IMG/VR virus record: IMGVR_UViG_3300034523_000087 | Reading direction: 5' to 3' (one strand) | Length of the DNA stretch: 63,327 nucleotides | Origin: a virus | Part shown: positions 33,668 to 43,289 of the stretch, piece after piece | Layout: each line of letters opens with the position of its first letter | Position numbering within the stretch: position 1 is the first letter of the stretch | The notes under the pieces: generated by a model | Seen by the model: the letters and a program-made list of their open reading frames with translations, nothing else | What the model was told of the DNA's origin: nothing | The model's database searches: none | Translations under genes and position numbers: made by a program

Positions 33668-34411
33668 ATGGCTAAGGCAATCCACCTCAACAACACCACC
33701 CGCGAAAGCATCGCGACGTGCCTCATGCTGGAGGCCATAAAAGGAAAAGCGGCACCTCTGGTCGAGCGCATGCGTCTGCTCAACGATAAGTTTTGGGACG
33801 CACATAAGCAAAGGCTCGAAGCGCTCGGCCTGCCGGAAGATAAGTGGGCGATGCTCATACAGAACGGTGTGTGTACGTCCTGCATAAACGTGACGCCCAG
33901 TTACCGCAAACCCGTTGAAGGTCGCGACGATATCAACTGGAGCAGAAGGGAGTATTCGGTCTATCCGACTTCACTCTCTCCCAAGCTCAAGTCGAGGAAC
34001 GCCCTCGTGAACGAGATATTCACGTCCGAGGAATTCACGCCGCTGTTCAAGTTCGTTACGACGAACTTCATCAACTCCTACGACTACAAGCTACAGTTCG
34101 TGTCGCCTGTTTCTGTGCCTCGCATCAGCAAGATATGCAGTGTCTCTATCGAGAAAGCCGGCATTCACGACGACCTGCTGAAGCTTTGCGAGGACATCCA
34201 TCTGGTCATCCAGAGCGCCATCGATTTCCGTGTGCAGGCGCTGGACCTCATACGAGCGTGCCGTACTTCGAAGCAGCTGGAAGAACTACTGCCCGAAGCG
34301 ATGAAATTCCTGCTCCCGCCGGCACCGCGCGAACAAGCACTCGTGCCTGTAGAGCTGGCGGCCAATATCCGCAGCATGCTGAACAAAGGCGTGCCGCCGG
34401 TTATCTCCTAG
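33668..34411 (+). CDS. hypothetical protein (247 aa)
   Basis: Track ORF, AGGAG RBS; visibly lower GC than neighbours; followed by terminator. Confidence 0.75.
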   Translation: MAKAIHLNNTTRESIATCLMLEAIKGKAAPLVERMRLLNDKFWDAHKQRLEALGLPEDKWAMLIQNGVCTSCINVTPSYRKPVEGRDDINWSRREYSVYPTSLSPKLKSRNALVNEIFTSEEFTPLFKFVTTNFINSYDYKLQFVSPVSVPRISKICSVSIEKAGIHDDLLKLCEDIHLVIQSAIDFRVQALDLIRACRTSKQLEELLPEAMKFLLPPAPREQALVPVELAANIRSMLNKGVPPVIS

Positions 34412-34427
34412 TACAACACCCCGCCTT

Positions 34428-34453
34428 GCCACCGGGAAACCGGTGGCCTTTTT
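34428..34453 (+). terminator. intrinsic terminator
   Basis: GCCACCGG-GAAA-CCGGTGGC-CTTTTT. Confidence 0.85.
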
Positions 34454-34504
34454 GTTACGCTGTAATGTACAATGCAGCAAACTAATCCCCTGGAGCTATA
34501 ACCT

Positions 34505-35233
34505 ATGCGCTGGTCGATCAGTAAGCTGCACGTCTACGAAGGCTGTGCGTACCGCTACAAACTGAAGTACATCGACAAAGTTCCTGAGCCTGAGCGCCCT
34601 CTCCCTCCCGGTAAAACTGAACACGCGAACGACCGCGGTTCCCGTGTCCACGAGCAGAATGAGCTATTCGTACGCGACGAGGCGGACAAGCCTGCTCCTG
34701 AATCCGCCGACTTCCAGGCGTTGATCGAAGACCTCCGCGAACGCTTCCGTTGCGGCCTGGTCATGCTGGAGCACGACTGGTGCTTCAACGAAGATTGGGA
34801 GCCGTGCTCGCCGGAAGAGCGTGCCGCCATCGCCATCGTCGACGTGGCGGTGTGGATCGTCAAAGACCGCTGGCTGCTGATCATCGACTACAAGACCGGG
34901 CGCAAGTACGAAACCAAGCATATGGACCAGATGCAGCTCTATGCTCTGGCCGCATTCAAGAAGTGGCCGTTCCTCGAACGCGTCACCACGGAACTCTGGT
35001 ATCTCGACATCGACGAGATATCGACCAGCCATTTCACCCGTAACCACATCCCGGCCATCCAGCGCGCGTTCCACAACCGGGTTGGGAAGATGGAACGCAA
35101 CACCGAATTCAAGCCGGCGGCGAACATCTACAGCTGCCGATACTGCCCGTACAAGGACGGTATCTGCCCGCATGCTGTCGACGAGAAAACGCCTGTCAAA
35201 GGCAACGAATGGGCATCTGAGTGGAAAATATGA
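34505..35233 (+). CDS. Cas4/RecB-like PD-(D/E)XK exonuclease with Fe-S cysteine cluster
   Basis: LLIIDYKTG (D-x-K), QMQLYALA (QxxxY), N-terminal Cys plus C-terminal CRYCPYKDGIC. Confidence 0.9.
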   Translation: MRWSISKLHVYEGCAYRYKLKYIDKVPEPERPLPPGKTEHANDRGSRVHEQNELFVRDEADKPAPESADFQALIEDLRERFRCGLVMLEHDWCFNEDWEPCSPEERAAIAIVDVAVWIVKDRWLLIIDYKTGRKYETKHMDQMQLYALAAFKKWPFLERVTTELWYLDIDEISTSHFTRNHIPAIQRAFHNRVGKMERNTEFKPAANIYSCRYCPYKDGICPHAVDEKTPVKGNEWASEWKI

Positions 35234-35535
35234 CCAACCTGTATTCTGTACTGAAGCAACGTTTCGATATCGACGTGGCACTCTCCGACACCGGGTTCCG
35301 TTTCACGTACGGCACGATCGACCAGGCCGATGGTAACTACAGGCTCGGTATCTCGACCTACAAAATGGGACTACGCCCTGACCCTGTAGCCTACAACCGG
35401 TACCAGTACGACATGCTGAACCGGTTGAAAGGATACCTGGGTGACCACCTTCGCGACGACCCGGAGCTGGCGCAGTTGTTCTACAACACCCGCATGCGCG
35501 CGAAACTCCGCGCCCAGGGCAAGACGCCTGCATAG
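35230..35535 (+). CDS. hypothetical protein (101 aa)
   Basis: ATGA-coupled ATG inside track ORF 35221..35535 (which starts at GTG). Confidence 0.65.
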   Translation: MTNLYSVLKQRFDIDVALSDTGFRFTYGTIDQADGNYRLGISTYKMGLRPDPVAYNRYQYDMLNRLKGYLGDHLRDDPELAQLFYNTRMRAKLRAQGKTPA

Positions 35536-35544
35536 GAGACATCC

Positions 35545-36906
35545 ATGGCGAAGTTCAAGCCTATCAAGCTGATGCCGCACCAGAAGAAGACGCTGAAGAA
35601 GCGTGATGAGTCGTCCATCATCCTCGACTTGTCTGAACCCGGCACCGGTAAATCGGTAGCGCATGCGACGCACTTCGTGAAGCATCGGCAAGCAGGCGGC
35701 GGCGCTGGGTTGATCGTCGCGCCGTTGTCGTTGATCGATACGGTATGGCCGCACGAGATCGGCCTGGTGAACCCGGACGTGGACGTGAGCGTAGCGTTCG
35801 CCACCAACCGAGCCAAGGCGTTCCAGCCTGGGCACGACATATATGTCACCAACTACAACGGCTTGGAGTACCTGTCTGAAAATCCTGGCCTGGTCCGCAA
35901 GTTGGGTATCGATTGGTTCCTCGGCGACGAAGCCACCGCGTTCAAGAACCCGCAAGCCAAGCGAACCAAGCGGTGCCACAAACTCGTTAAAAATGTCGAA
36001 TTCAAAGCGCTGCTGTCCGGGTCGCTCGGCGCGAAGATGATCACCGATTACTTCGCGCCGACGCTGATCCTCGACGACGGCAAGCGCCTGGGTTGGCAGT
36101 TCAGCCGGTTCCGCGAAGCAACGTGCTACCCGGTCCAAGTCGGCCGGCAGGCGCACATGATTCAGTGGGAGCCGCGCGAAGGTGCTGACCTGGCCGTCGC
36201 GCAGCTGCTGCAAGACATCAGCATCCGGCACCTGTTCAAGACTACGGTCAAGCAGAGCGTGCGTACCATCGAGTTCAAGCTGCCGCCGAAGCTGCGCAAG
36301 CTCTACGAACAGATGGCACGCGAACAAGCCATGTTCCTCAAAGACAAGGTGATCACTGCGGCCAACGGTGGCGCAGCTGCGCAGAAGCTGCTCCAGATCG
36401 CCAGCGGTTCGACCTACGATAACCAGCGGGCCAACACCCTGCTCGATATGCAGCGGTATGAACTGGTCGCTGACCTGGCCGAGGAACGTGAGAAGACGCT
36501 CATTGCGTTCCAGTGGCACCACCAGCGTGAGGCGCTAGAAGCGCTGCTCAAGAAGCGCGGGCGTCGCACTGCGTTCATCGACGGCACCGTACCGGGCGAG
36601 AAGCGGAAAGAGATCGTCGAAGCACACAAGCGCGGTGACATCGACGACCTTCTGCTCCAACCGCAGGCGGCGGCACATGGCCTGACGCTGGTGAATGCCC
36701 GGACTACGATTTGGGCCACGCCGACGTACGACTACGAGTTGTTCGACCAGCTCAACCGCCGTACCTACCGAACTGGACAGACCATGGATTGCGAAGTCAT
36801 CGTGATCTGCGCCGAGAACACGCTCGACGTAAAAGCATTCGAGGTCTGCTCCACGAAGGGCAAACGCATGCACACGATGTTCGAGTACATCCGCGACTTC
36901 ACATAA
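35545..36906 (+). CDS. SNF2-type SF2 helicase
   Basis: Motif I SEPGTGKS, motif II LGDEATAFKN, motif III LLSGS, motif VI QLNRRTYRTGQ. Confidence 0.85.
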   Translation: MAKFKPIKLMPHQKKTLKKRDESSIILDLSEPGTGKSVAHATHFVKHRQAGGGAGLIVAPLSLIDTVWPHEIGLVNPDVDVSVAFATNRAKAFQPGHDIYVTNYNGLEYLSENPGLVRKLGIDWFLGDEATAFKNPQAKRTKRCHKLVKNVEFKALLSGSLGAKMITDYFAPTLILDDGKRLGWQFSRFREATCYPVQVGRQAHMIQWEPREGADLAVAQLLQDISIRHLFKTTVKQSVRTIEFKLPPKLRKLYEQMAREQAMFLKDKVITAANGGAAAQKLLQIASGSTYDNQRANTLLDMQRYELVADLAEEREKTLIAFQWHHQREALEALLKKRGRRTAFIDGTVPGEKRKEIVEAHKRGDIDDLLLQPQAAAHGLTLVNARTTIWATPTYDYELFDQLNRRTYRTGQTMDCEVIVICAENTLDVKAFEVCSTKGKRMHTMFEYIRDFT

Positions 36907-36916
36907 CGGTGCCGCA

Positions 36917-38881
36917 ATGACAGTAATGGTTCCGCGCATCCACGACGGGATGAAACCGATTGAGTTTCGCCCGTTCAAGAAATTCAAGCCCCTGGTGGTC
37001 GACTTCGAAACGTACTGGGGTCCGAAGTATTCGCTCAGGACGATGTCGACCAGCGATTACGTTCGTGGGGATCAATTCAAGATTCACTGTGTCGGTGCCA
37101 AGCTCGGCAACGCGAAGACGCGTATCTTCACCGACATGGGCAAGTTCGCTGCATGGCTGGCGAAGATCCAGGCTGAGTATGAAATCGAACTGATCGGCCA
37201 CAACTTGTACTTCGACGGCTTGATCCTCAGCGAGTATTTCGGATTCGTGCCGGCGGCTTACCGCTGCACGATGTCGATGTCGAAAGGACTGTTCCGCAAC
37301 ACCATCGCGCACGGCCTTGACACCGTAGCGAAGCTGTTCGGCCTGGCTGGTAAGGTAAAGGCCCAGGCCAACGTGAACACGTTCGGCAAACGGGATCTCA
37401 CGCGGCACGAGTTGAGTGACCTCGGCGAATACTGCATCGACGATTGCGAAGACACCTACAGAATCTACCAGGCCATGCGTCCGTACATGCCGGACGATGA
37501 AATGGACATCATCCACGACACCGTACGGTGCTTCTGTGACCCGATCCTTCGCGTGAACGGGCCGATGTTGGAAGAGGCCATCGCCGAAGTAGAAGCCAAG
37601 CGCGCGATCTTGTACGAGCAAGCCATCGCGCTGGTCAATACCTTGGCCCCCGGCATGGTCAACGCGAAGCGCCCGTTCGAAACCGTGCTGCGGTCGGCGG
37701 TCGATTTCCCGAATCTGCTCGAAGCCCTCGGCGTTGAAGTGCCGATGAAGCAGAACGAGAAAGGCTTGTGGATTCCGGCCCTGGCGAAGAAGGACACCGG
37801 GTTCATCGAGCTGTGTGAAGACCCTGACCCACTCGTTCGCCTGCTGTGCGAAGCGCGCCTCCAGTTCACGTCGAACCAAACCGTGACGCGTGCGCAGCGA
37901 TTGCTTGACGCCACCGAAGATGGCGCGCTGCTGCCGGTGATGTACGGCTACTGCGGCGCGCTGTCGATGCGCTGGACGGCCGGCAACAAGATGAACCTGC
38001 AAAACCTTCAGCGCGGTTCGGCTCTTCGCCGAGCAATCGAAGCGCCGAAGGGCTGGCACATCATGACCGGTGACTCCGCGCAGATCGAAGCGCGGATCCT
38101 GGCGTACATCGCCGGGCAATGGGATCTCGTTGAATCGTTCCGCATCGGCGCGGATGTGTATTCCGAGTTCGCCATGGAGATTTACCCCGACGTTGTGGTC
38201 AGCAAAGAGAACCCGGACACAGAAACGGAACGTCACGTTGGTAAGACCTCGATCCTTGGCCTGGGTTACGGCATGGGGTTCAAGAAGTTCATCACCACCA
38301 TGGCCACCAGCTTCATCCCGGTTCTGATGGAGGTCGAAGACGCCAAGCACATCGTGAACACGTACCGCTCGAAGTACCCGATGATTCCGGCGTTGTGGGA
38401 TTACCTCAACAACATCCTGGCCGATATGGCCGCCGGCAACAGCGGGTTTATCGAGTTCCGGTGCGGCCTGCGCCTGGAGTACGAACCGGACCGTATCTGG
38501 ATGCCGAACGGTCTGTGCCTGCACTACCCCGACTTGCGTGAAGAGTTCGACGAGAACACCGGGCGTAGGACCGGATACACCTACGAAATCGTCCGCGGCA
38601 AGAACGTCAGCCGGAAGAAGATTTACGGCGGCCTGCTCACCGAAAACATCGTTCAGTGCCTGGCGCGGATCGTGGTGGGCGACCAGATGCGGCTCATGGC
38701 GAAAGCCTACCGCGTCGTGATGACGACCCACGACGAAGTGTCCATGCTGGTCAAGGGCACGAAGGCTGCACTGGCCAAGGCCACGAAGTTCATGGTCAAA
38801 ACGATGTCCACTCCACCCTGGTGGGCACCTGATCTTCCCGTAGCGACTGAAGTCAAAGACGCACCGTACTACTGCAAATAG
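36917..38881 (+). CDS. family A DNA polymerase with 3'-5' exonuclease domain
   Basis: Exo motifs VVDFET, HNLYFDGLIL, YCIDDCEDT; pol motif A DSAQIEARILAY, motif B RHVGKTSILGLGYGMG, motif C MTTHDEV. Confidence 0.95.
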   Translation: MTVMVPRIHDGMKPIEFRPFKKFKPLVVDFETYWGPKYSLRTMSTSDYVRGDQFKIHCVGAKLGNAKTRIFTDMGKFAAWLAKIQAEYEIELIGHNLYFDGLILSEYFGFVPAAYRCTMSMSKGLFRNTIAHGLDTVAKLFGLAGKVKAQANVNTFGKRDLTRHELSDLGEYCIDDCEDTYRIYQAMRPYMPDDEMDIIHDTVRCFCDPILRVNGPMLEEAIAEVEAKRAILYEQAIALVNTLAPGMVNAKRPFETVLRSAVDFPNLLEALGVEVPMKQNEKGLWIPALAKKDTGFIELCEDPDPLVRLLCEARLQFTSNQTVTRAQRLLDATEDGALLPVMYGYCGALSMRWTAGNKMNLQNLQRGSALRRAIEAPKGWHIMTGDSAQIEARILAYIAGQWDLVESFRIGADVYSEFAMEIYPDVVVSKENPDTETERHVGKTSILGLGYGMGFKKFITTMATSFIPVLMEVEDAKHIVNTYRSKYPMIPALWDYLNNILADMAAGNSGFIEFRCGLRLEYEPDRIWMPNGLCLHYPDLREEFDENTGRRTGYTYEIVRGKNVSRKKIYGGLLTENIVQCLARIVVGDQMRLMAKAYRVVMTTHDEVSMLVKGTKAALAKATKFMVKTMSTPPWWAPDLPVATEVKDAPYYCK

Positions 38882-38890
38882 GTAGATGCT

Positions 38891-39112
38891 ATGAACGTGA
38901 CTCTGTACCAATCCGAGCTGATGACCTGCGAAAACCTGAAGACGGGCAGAGTCACGTACTACATGTCGGTGTGCAACGCCATGCGGCGAATCTCGAAAGC
39001 CGAGTACGACGAGCGCTACCGAAAAGCGGACGGCTTGTGTTGCTTGCACACCGTGACTGACAAGCACTACCGCCGCTCTTGCAGGACCGTTACCTACGAG
39101 GTTCCGAAATGA
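38891..39112 (+). CDS. hypothetical protein (73 aa)
   Basis: Track ORF. Confidence 0.6.
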   Translation: MNVTLYQSELMTCENLKTGRVTYYMSVCNAMRRISKAEYDERYRKADGLCCLHTVTDKHYRRSCRTVTYEVPK

Positions 39113-39420
39113 AGTTCGACAAGATCGAGTACAGCGTATGCAGCGAGTGCTTGCTGTTCGTCGCGTACGGTGAGCAGCCGGAGAACGGCGTCGATATCGA
39201 AGCAGCGATCCAGCGCGAAATCGGCGGCAAGAAGAACGCGTACTTCGTATGCGGCGTCGAACCTACCGAAGACGACCCTGACGGATGCGGCGAAGAAGAG
39301 TTCAGTCGTCACGAGTGCGAGCTTTGTCGAAGCCCTCTCGCCGGCGGACGGTACGGCGTCACACTCTTGATCCCCCTGGAAGAAGGAAACGGCGATGGCA
39401 GCGCCGAAGAGCCGAACTAA
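39109..39420 (+). CDS. small acidic Zn-ribbon protein (103 aa)
   Basis: ATGA-coupled internal ATG of track ORF 39079..39420; CSEC...CELC. Confidence 0.65.
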   Translation: MKFDKIEYSVCSECLLFVAYGEQPENGVDIEAAIQREIGGKKNAYFVCGVEPTEDDPDGCGEEEFSRHECELCRSPLAGGRYGVTLLIPLEEGNGDGSAEEPN

Positions 39421-39787
39421 CCCCAACTGGCTGGCGATGCAAGACCCGAATGACCCTAACCTGAATAAGAACTACCGGAGATCGGTTCGCTACTACCGTC
39501 AGCTGTTCATGGCCTGGCCGAAGTGGTGCGCCGATCATCCGGGATACAAGAAAATCTACGACGAAGCCGCGCGCCGTCGTAGTGCTGGCGAGGACGTACA
39601 TGTCGATCACATCGTGCCGATCTGCTCCAAGCTGGTTTGTGGCCTGCACGTCCCATGGAATTTGCAGATCATAGGCGCCGGTCCGAACCTCAAGAAATCA
39701 AACTTGTGGTGGCCGGATCACCCGTTCGAGAACCAGTGTTTGTTCGGCGGGGCTGAAGAACCGGAACAGTACGAATTACGTCTGTAA
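39395..39787 (+). CDS. HNH endonuclease
   Basis: VHVDHIVPI...GLHVPWNLQII...NLKKSN (H-N-H core). Confidence 0.8.
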   Translation: MAAPKSRTNPNWLAMQDPNDPNLNKNYRRSVRYYRQLFMAWPKWCADHPGYKKIYDEAARRRSAGEDVHVDHIVPICSKLVCGLHVPWNLQIIGAGPNLKKSNLWWPDHPFENQCLFGGAEEPEQYELRL

Positions 39788-39809
39788 TTGTTACTTTGGG
39801 AGTTGCAAG

Positions 39810-40214
39810 ATGGCAGAGAAAAAACCTACAATCACCTTCAATCGCGATGCTGCGATCAAGGAGTTCCACAAGCTCTCCAAGCAGATCACTGACCTGAACG
39901 CGAAAGTCAAGGAACTGTCTTCGCTCAAGGCCAGCTTGGAAGACGAGCTGATCGAACACCTGAACATGGAACAGCTCGGCACCGTGACGTTGAAGAATGG
40001 GATGGGGGTCAAGCTCCAAGACTCCATAGTCCCGCAGGCCGAAGACTGGGACGCGTTCTACAAGTGGATGTCCCGGACCAAGAACTTCCAGATGCTCGAA
40101 CGTCGGTTGACGGTGACGGCGTACCGGGAGTTCCGCGAGAAGGGCAAGGAAGTCCCCGGCCTGCGTGACTTCACCAAGACCAAGGTCGGTCTGATCAATC
40201 CGCCGAAGAAGTAA
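39810..40214 (+). CDS. hypothetical coiled-coil protein (134 aa)
   Basis: Track ORF, GGGAG RBS; N-terminal coiled coil. Could be Gp157-like, but not verifiable here. Confidence 0.7.
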   Translation: MAEKKPTITFNRDAAIKEFHKLSKQITDLNAKVKELSSLKASLEDELIEHLNMEQLGTVTLKNGMGVKLQDSIVPQAEDWDAFYKWMSRTKNFQMLERRLTVTAYREFREKGKEVPGLRDFTKTKVGLINPPKK

Positions 40215-40281
40215 TTCGGCGGAGCTTTTCGAAGCTCACAACGTAAGCTAAGTCCACAACGTAACCGAGAGGAACAGCCTG

Positions 40282-41160
40282 ATGGCTACCAAGAAAACCA
40301 CCGACACCCCGGCAAAGCCGGCCGCCAAGAAGCCCGCTGCTGGTAAAGCTCTGACCATCGGACGGGGCAGTAAAGTGCCGGTCGATGCCAAGGCTCTCCA
40401 GGCCCAACTCCTGGCGCGCAAGCAACAGGTTCTGGACAAACTGGGCCGCCCCAGCACCCCCACGATCTCTGTACGCAACGACAAGTCGTTCGAGCTGCCC
40501 GACGGCAGCGTGGTACAAGCGCCGGAGTTCATCCGCGCGGTTGTGATCGACTTCGCGTCCGTCAACGCTCTGTACGAGGGTGCGTACGATCCGAAGAACC
40601 CGGAGCCACCGATCTGCTTCGCCGCAGGCATGGGCAGCCCCGATTCGCTGATCGCCTCGGACAAGTCGCCGCAGAAGCAATCGGACGACTGCGCCACCTG
40701 CCCGCTGAACCAGTGGGGAAGCGGCGTCGGCGACGGCAAAGCGTGCAAGAACACTCGCAAGCTGGCCGTCGTGCTCATGGATGATCTGGAGAACGAGGAC
40801 CGCGAAGGCGACATCCAGTTCTACCCGCTGAACGTGTCGCCCACCGGCATCAAGCACTGGGATGGGTACGTGCGCAACCTGGCTACCCGCAACGATCTGC
40901 TGCCGGTCCAAGTCGTCACCAAGATCGGCTTCGATGCGCAATCGACCTGGGCAAGCCTGCGTTTCGCGCCGGATGAAGTCCTGCCCGAAACGCACCTGGC
41001 CGAAGTTCTCGGCCTGCAAGAAGCTGTCGAAGAAATGCTGACGGCCGAGCCTGATTGGGCTGGGTTCGAAGCGCAGCGCGCTGAGCGTCAAGCAACCCGG
41101 AAACCCGCGGGCGGTCGTCGCCCGGCGAGCAAGCCGGCTGCTGGACGCGCCCGGCGCTAA
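40282..41160 (+). CDS. hypothetical Cys-motif protein, possible DNA-binding/recombination factor (292 aa)
   Basis: Track ORF, GAGAGGA RBS; C-x2-C...GKACKN motif and Arg/Lys-rich termini; function not established. Confidence 0.75.
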   Translation: MATKKTTDTPAKPAAKKPAAGKALTIGRGSKVPVDAKALQAQLLARKQQVLDKLGRPSTPTISVRNDKSFELPDGSVVQAPEFIRAVVIDFASVNALYEGAYDPKNPEPPICFAAGMGSPDSLIASDKSPQKQSDDCATCPLNQWGSGVGDGKACKNTRKLAVVLMDDLENEDREGDIQFYPLNVSPTGIKHWDGYVRNLATRNDLLPVQVVTKIGFDAQSTWASLRFAPDEVLPETHLAEVLGLQEAVEEMLTAEPDWAGFEAQRAERQATRKPAGGRRPASKPAAGRARR

Positions 41161-41176
41161 ACCAAGGAGGTAACGA

Positions 41177-41515
41177 ATGAGCACCACGCTGGCTAGTGCC
41201 CTGCGGACGATCCGACAACTGTACTTGGAACTGCCGTCGTTTAACGCCGAGCAGATAGAGACGCTTGTCGACCTCGAACTAAAGGGCGCGAATCGGCGCT
41301 CGGTGCTCAATCGTCTCGTCTCCCGCGCAGCTCAGCTCGCTGCGGACAACAAGCTGAACCAACTCCAATCGAAAATCGAAAGCAAAAGGAACTACGAGCA
41401 TGGCACGCCAAACCGCCAAAACCCCGAAAACTTCGACCCTGAGCAGCAACCCGGTGCCGGAAAACGCAAAGCAGGTAAAGGGCACCGTCGTGGCGCGCGA
41501 AAAGCCGGTCGTTAA
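41177..41515 (+). CDS. hypothetical protein (112 aa; 3' third overlaps the next gene)
   Basis: Strong AAGGAGG RBS. The first ~70 aa look genuine; the last ~40 aa read like the out-of-frame translation of gene 41400..41945. Confidence 0.5.
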   Translation: MSTTLASALRTIRQLYLELPSFNAEQIETLVDLELKGANRRSVLNRLVSRAAQLAADNKLNQLQSKIESKRNYEHGTPNRQNPENFDPEQQPGAGKRKAGKGHRRGARKAGR

Positions 41516-41945
41516 AACCGCCAAGGCTGCGCCGGCCAAAGCCGCACCGGCCAAGGCTGCACCGAGCAAAGCCGACATCAAGGCGAAGGAAAAGCGTGTG
41601 GCCGAGCTGCGTAAGATGGCTCTCCAGACGCAGAAGGACTACGACGCCGAGGTCAAGCGTATCCGCTCCGAGCGCGACAAGAAAGAAGCCGACGCCTCCA
41701 AGCCGGTCGGCCTGTTGGACAAGGAACTGGAAAAGTTGAACTCCGAGTTCAACAAGGCCAAGGACAAGCTCGGCAAGCAACACGCGAAGGCCGTTTCCGC
41801 CGCCGCGAAAGTAGTGGCCAAGGCGCGCAAGGATGCCGACTCGGCGCTGAAGAAGCTCACCACCAAGAAAGAAGCCGACGACAAGAAGCTGGCTTCTGAC
41901 CTGACCAAGGCCGAGAAAGAGCTGGCCGCCGTCGCTACCCAGTAA
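41400..41945 (+). CDS. Lys/Ala/Pro-rich histone-H1/AlgP-like basic protein with coiled-coil tail
   Basis: KTAKAAPAKAAPAKAAPSKADIKAKEK, then a Lys/Glu-rich helical region; followed by terminator. Confidence 0.7.
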   Translation: MARQTAKTPKTSTLSSNPVPENAKQVKGTVVAREKPVVKTAKAAPAKAAPAKAAPSKADIKAKEKRVAELRKMALQTQKDYDAEVKRIRSERDKKEADASKPVGLLDKELEKLNSEFNKAKDKLGKQHAKAVSAAAKVVAKARKDADSALKKLTTKKEADDKKLASDLTKAEKELAAVATQ

Positions 41946-41962
41946 GCTGCACCTGCAACGCC

Positions 41963-41988
41963 AGGCCGCCTTCGGGCGACCTTTTTTC
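41963..41988 (+). terminator. intrinsic terminator
   Basis: AGGCCGCC-TTCG-GGCGACCT-TTTTT (one G-U pair). Confidence 0.75.
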
Positions 41989-42004
41989 CATCTGGAGAAA
42001 AGCA

Positions 42005-42511
42005 GTGGCCAATCCTGAAAACCAAGCAATCAAGAACCTGCACACCAAGTTGCCGTCGTTCGTCCACCACGAAAAAATGAGCAACCCGTACAGCAACGGT
42101 ACGGCAGACGTGTGGTATGCAGCATGGCCGTGCGATTTGTGGGTCGAGTACAAGTTCCTGGCAAAGCCCCCGCAACGGGCGGTGACGCTCGACCTCAGCG
42201 ACAACCAGCGGATATGGCTGGCTGACAAGTATTACAAAGGGCGCGCGGTCGCCGTGGTGTTGCTGTTTCCGGCCAAGTTCGGCGGGGTGATCTACACACA
42301 CCTGGCGTGGGGCGAATGGAAGATCCAGCTGCCTGCACCGGATGCCGACCACATAATCAAACGTGAACTGATCGCCGAGTTCATCGTTCGGAGTTGTACG
42401 TGTGCCGCCTTTAATTCCTCTCTTGTATACCGGGGCGAAGATCGCTCGGTCGCTGTACCTGATCGCCGCATTTTCCGCGGCGACATACCTCACTATTCGG
42501 AGCCTACGTGA
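42005..42511 (+). CDS. PD-(D/E)XK nuclease (VRR-NUC/resolvase-like)
   Basis: GTG start with GGAGA RBS; GTADVWY...DLWVEYKF gives a D-x13-E-x-K arrangement. Confidence 0.65.
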   Translation: MANPENQAIKNLHTKLPSFVHHEKMSNPYSNGTADVWYAAWPCDLWVEYKFLAKPPQRAVTLDLSDNQRIWLADKYYKGRAVAVVLLFPAKFGGVIYTHLAWGEWKIQLPAPDADHIIKRELIAEFIVRSCTCAAFNSSLVYRGEDRSVAVPDRRIFRGDIPHYSEPT

Positions 42512-43050
42512 TGGCAAAGCAAATTCCTACGGATCTATCTATCGACCTGGAAACCCTCGGAACCTCCGTGGACTCGGTGATCCTCTCGGTGGCGATGGTG
42601 ACGAACACCGGAGACGAGTTCCACATCGCAATCGATCCGTCCGAGCAAATCGCCGCCGGCCGTAAAGTCGATGCGAGTACGATCATGTGGTGGCTCGGCC
42701 CCAGCGCTGGTGAACCGGCGCGCGGGGCAATGACCGAACTCATGGCCAAGCGGAAGTACGGCATGGAAGACGCCAAGCTCAAAATCATGTCGTTCCTCGG
42801 CGGCGTGCTGAAGAAAAACCCGCGTGTGCGCGTATGGGGTAACTCCCCGTCGTTCGACTGCGAAATGCTGGCGAATTTCCTCGGTTGTAAACCGTGGCTC
42901 TTCTTCAACGAGCGCGATGTTCGTACGGCACGCATGGTGGTCGGGCATACCCAGGCCAGTACCGGGCACGACGCGCTGGCCGACGCAGAAGCGCAGCTCG
43001 CCGATGCGATGAACTTCATCGCTCTTGCCGAGAAGGAGGCGAGGAAATGA
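42511..43050 (+). CDS. DnaQ-like 3'-5' exonuclease
   Basis: ExoI IDLETLG, ExoII GNSPSFDCEML, ExoIII HDALADAEAQ. Confidence 0.85.
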   Translation: MAKQIPTDLSIDLETLGTSVDSVILSVAMVTNTGDEFHIAIDPSEQIAAGRKVDASTIMWWLGPSAGEPARGAMTELMAKRKYGMEDAKLKIMSFLGGVLKKNPRVRVWGNSPSFDCEMLANFLGCKPWLFFNERDVRTARMVVGHTQASTGHDALADAEAQLADAMNFIALAEKEARK

Positions 43051-43289
43051 ACCTGCTGGAACTGATCGAGGCGGTAGGTTTGGACAACATCGAAATCCAG
43101 AACCTGAATAAAGGCATCCTGAATGCCAGTGTCGTGAAAGGCGACACCGTGATCAAGTTCGTGACGAAATCGATGACTCCGACCGATCTCGTGCTCGGTA
43201 CCAAAACCGGACTGGTGCTGTGGATCGACAGCAGCAAGCTCAACGCGGCCACGGCCGGGGCAGAAAGTGAAAAGGCCGCGGAAAGCTAA
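43047..43289 (+). CDS. hypothetical protein (80 aa)
   Basis: ATGA-coupled internal ATG of track ORF 42894..43289, GAGGA RBS. Confidence 0.6.
   Translation: MNLLELIEAVGLDNIEIQNLNKGILNASVVKGDTVIKFVTKSMTPTDLVLGTKTGLVLWIDSSKLNAATAGAESEKAAES

Noticed and set aside
36899-39067. 722-aa - strand ORF
   Set aside because: It is antisense to the DNA polymerase gene, whose motifs A, B and C are unambiguous. Its composition is typical of an out-of-frame high-GC read.
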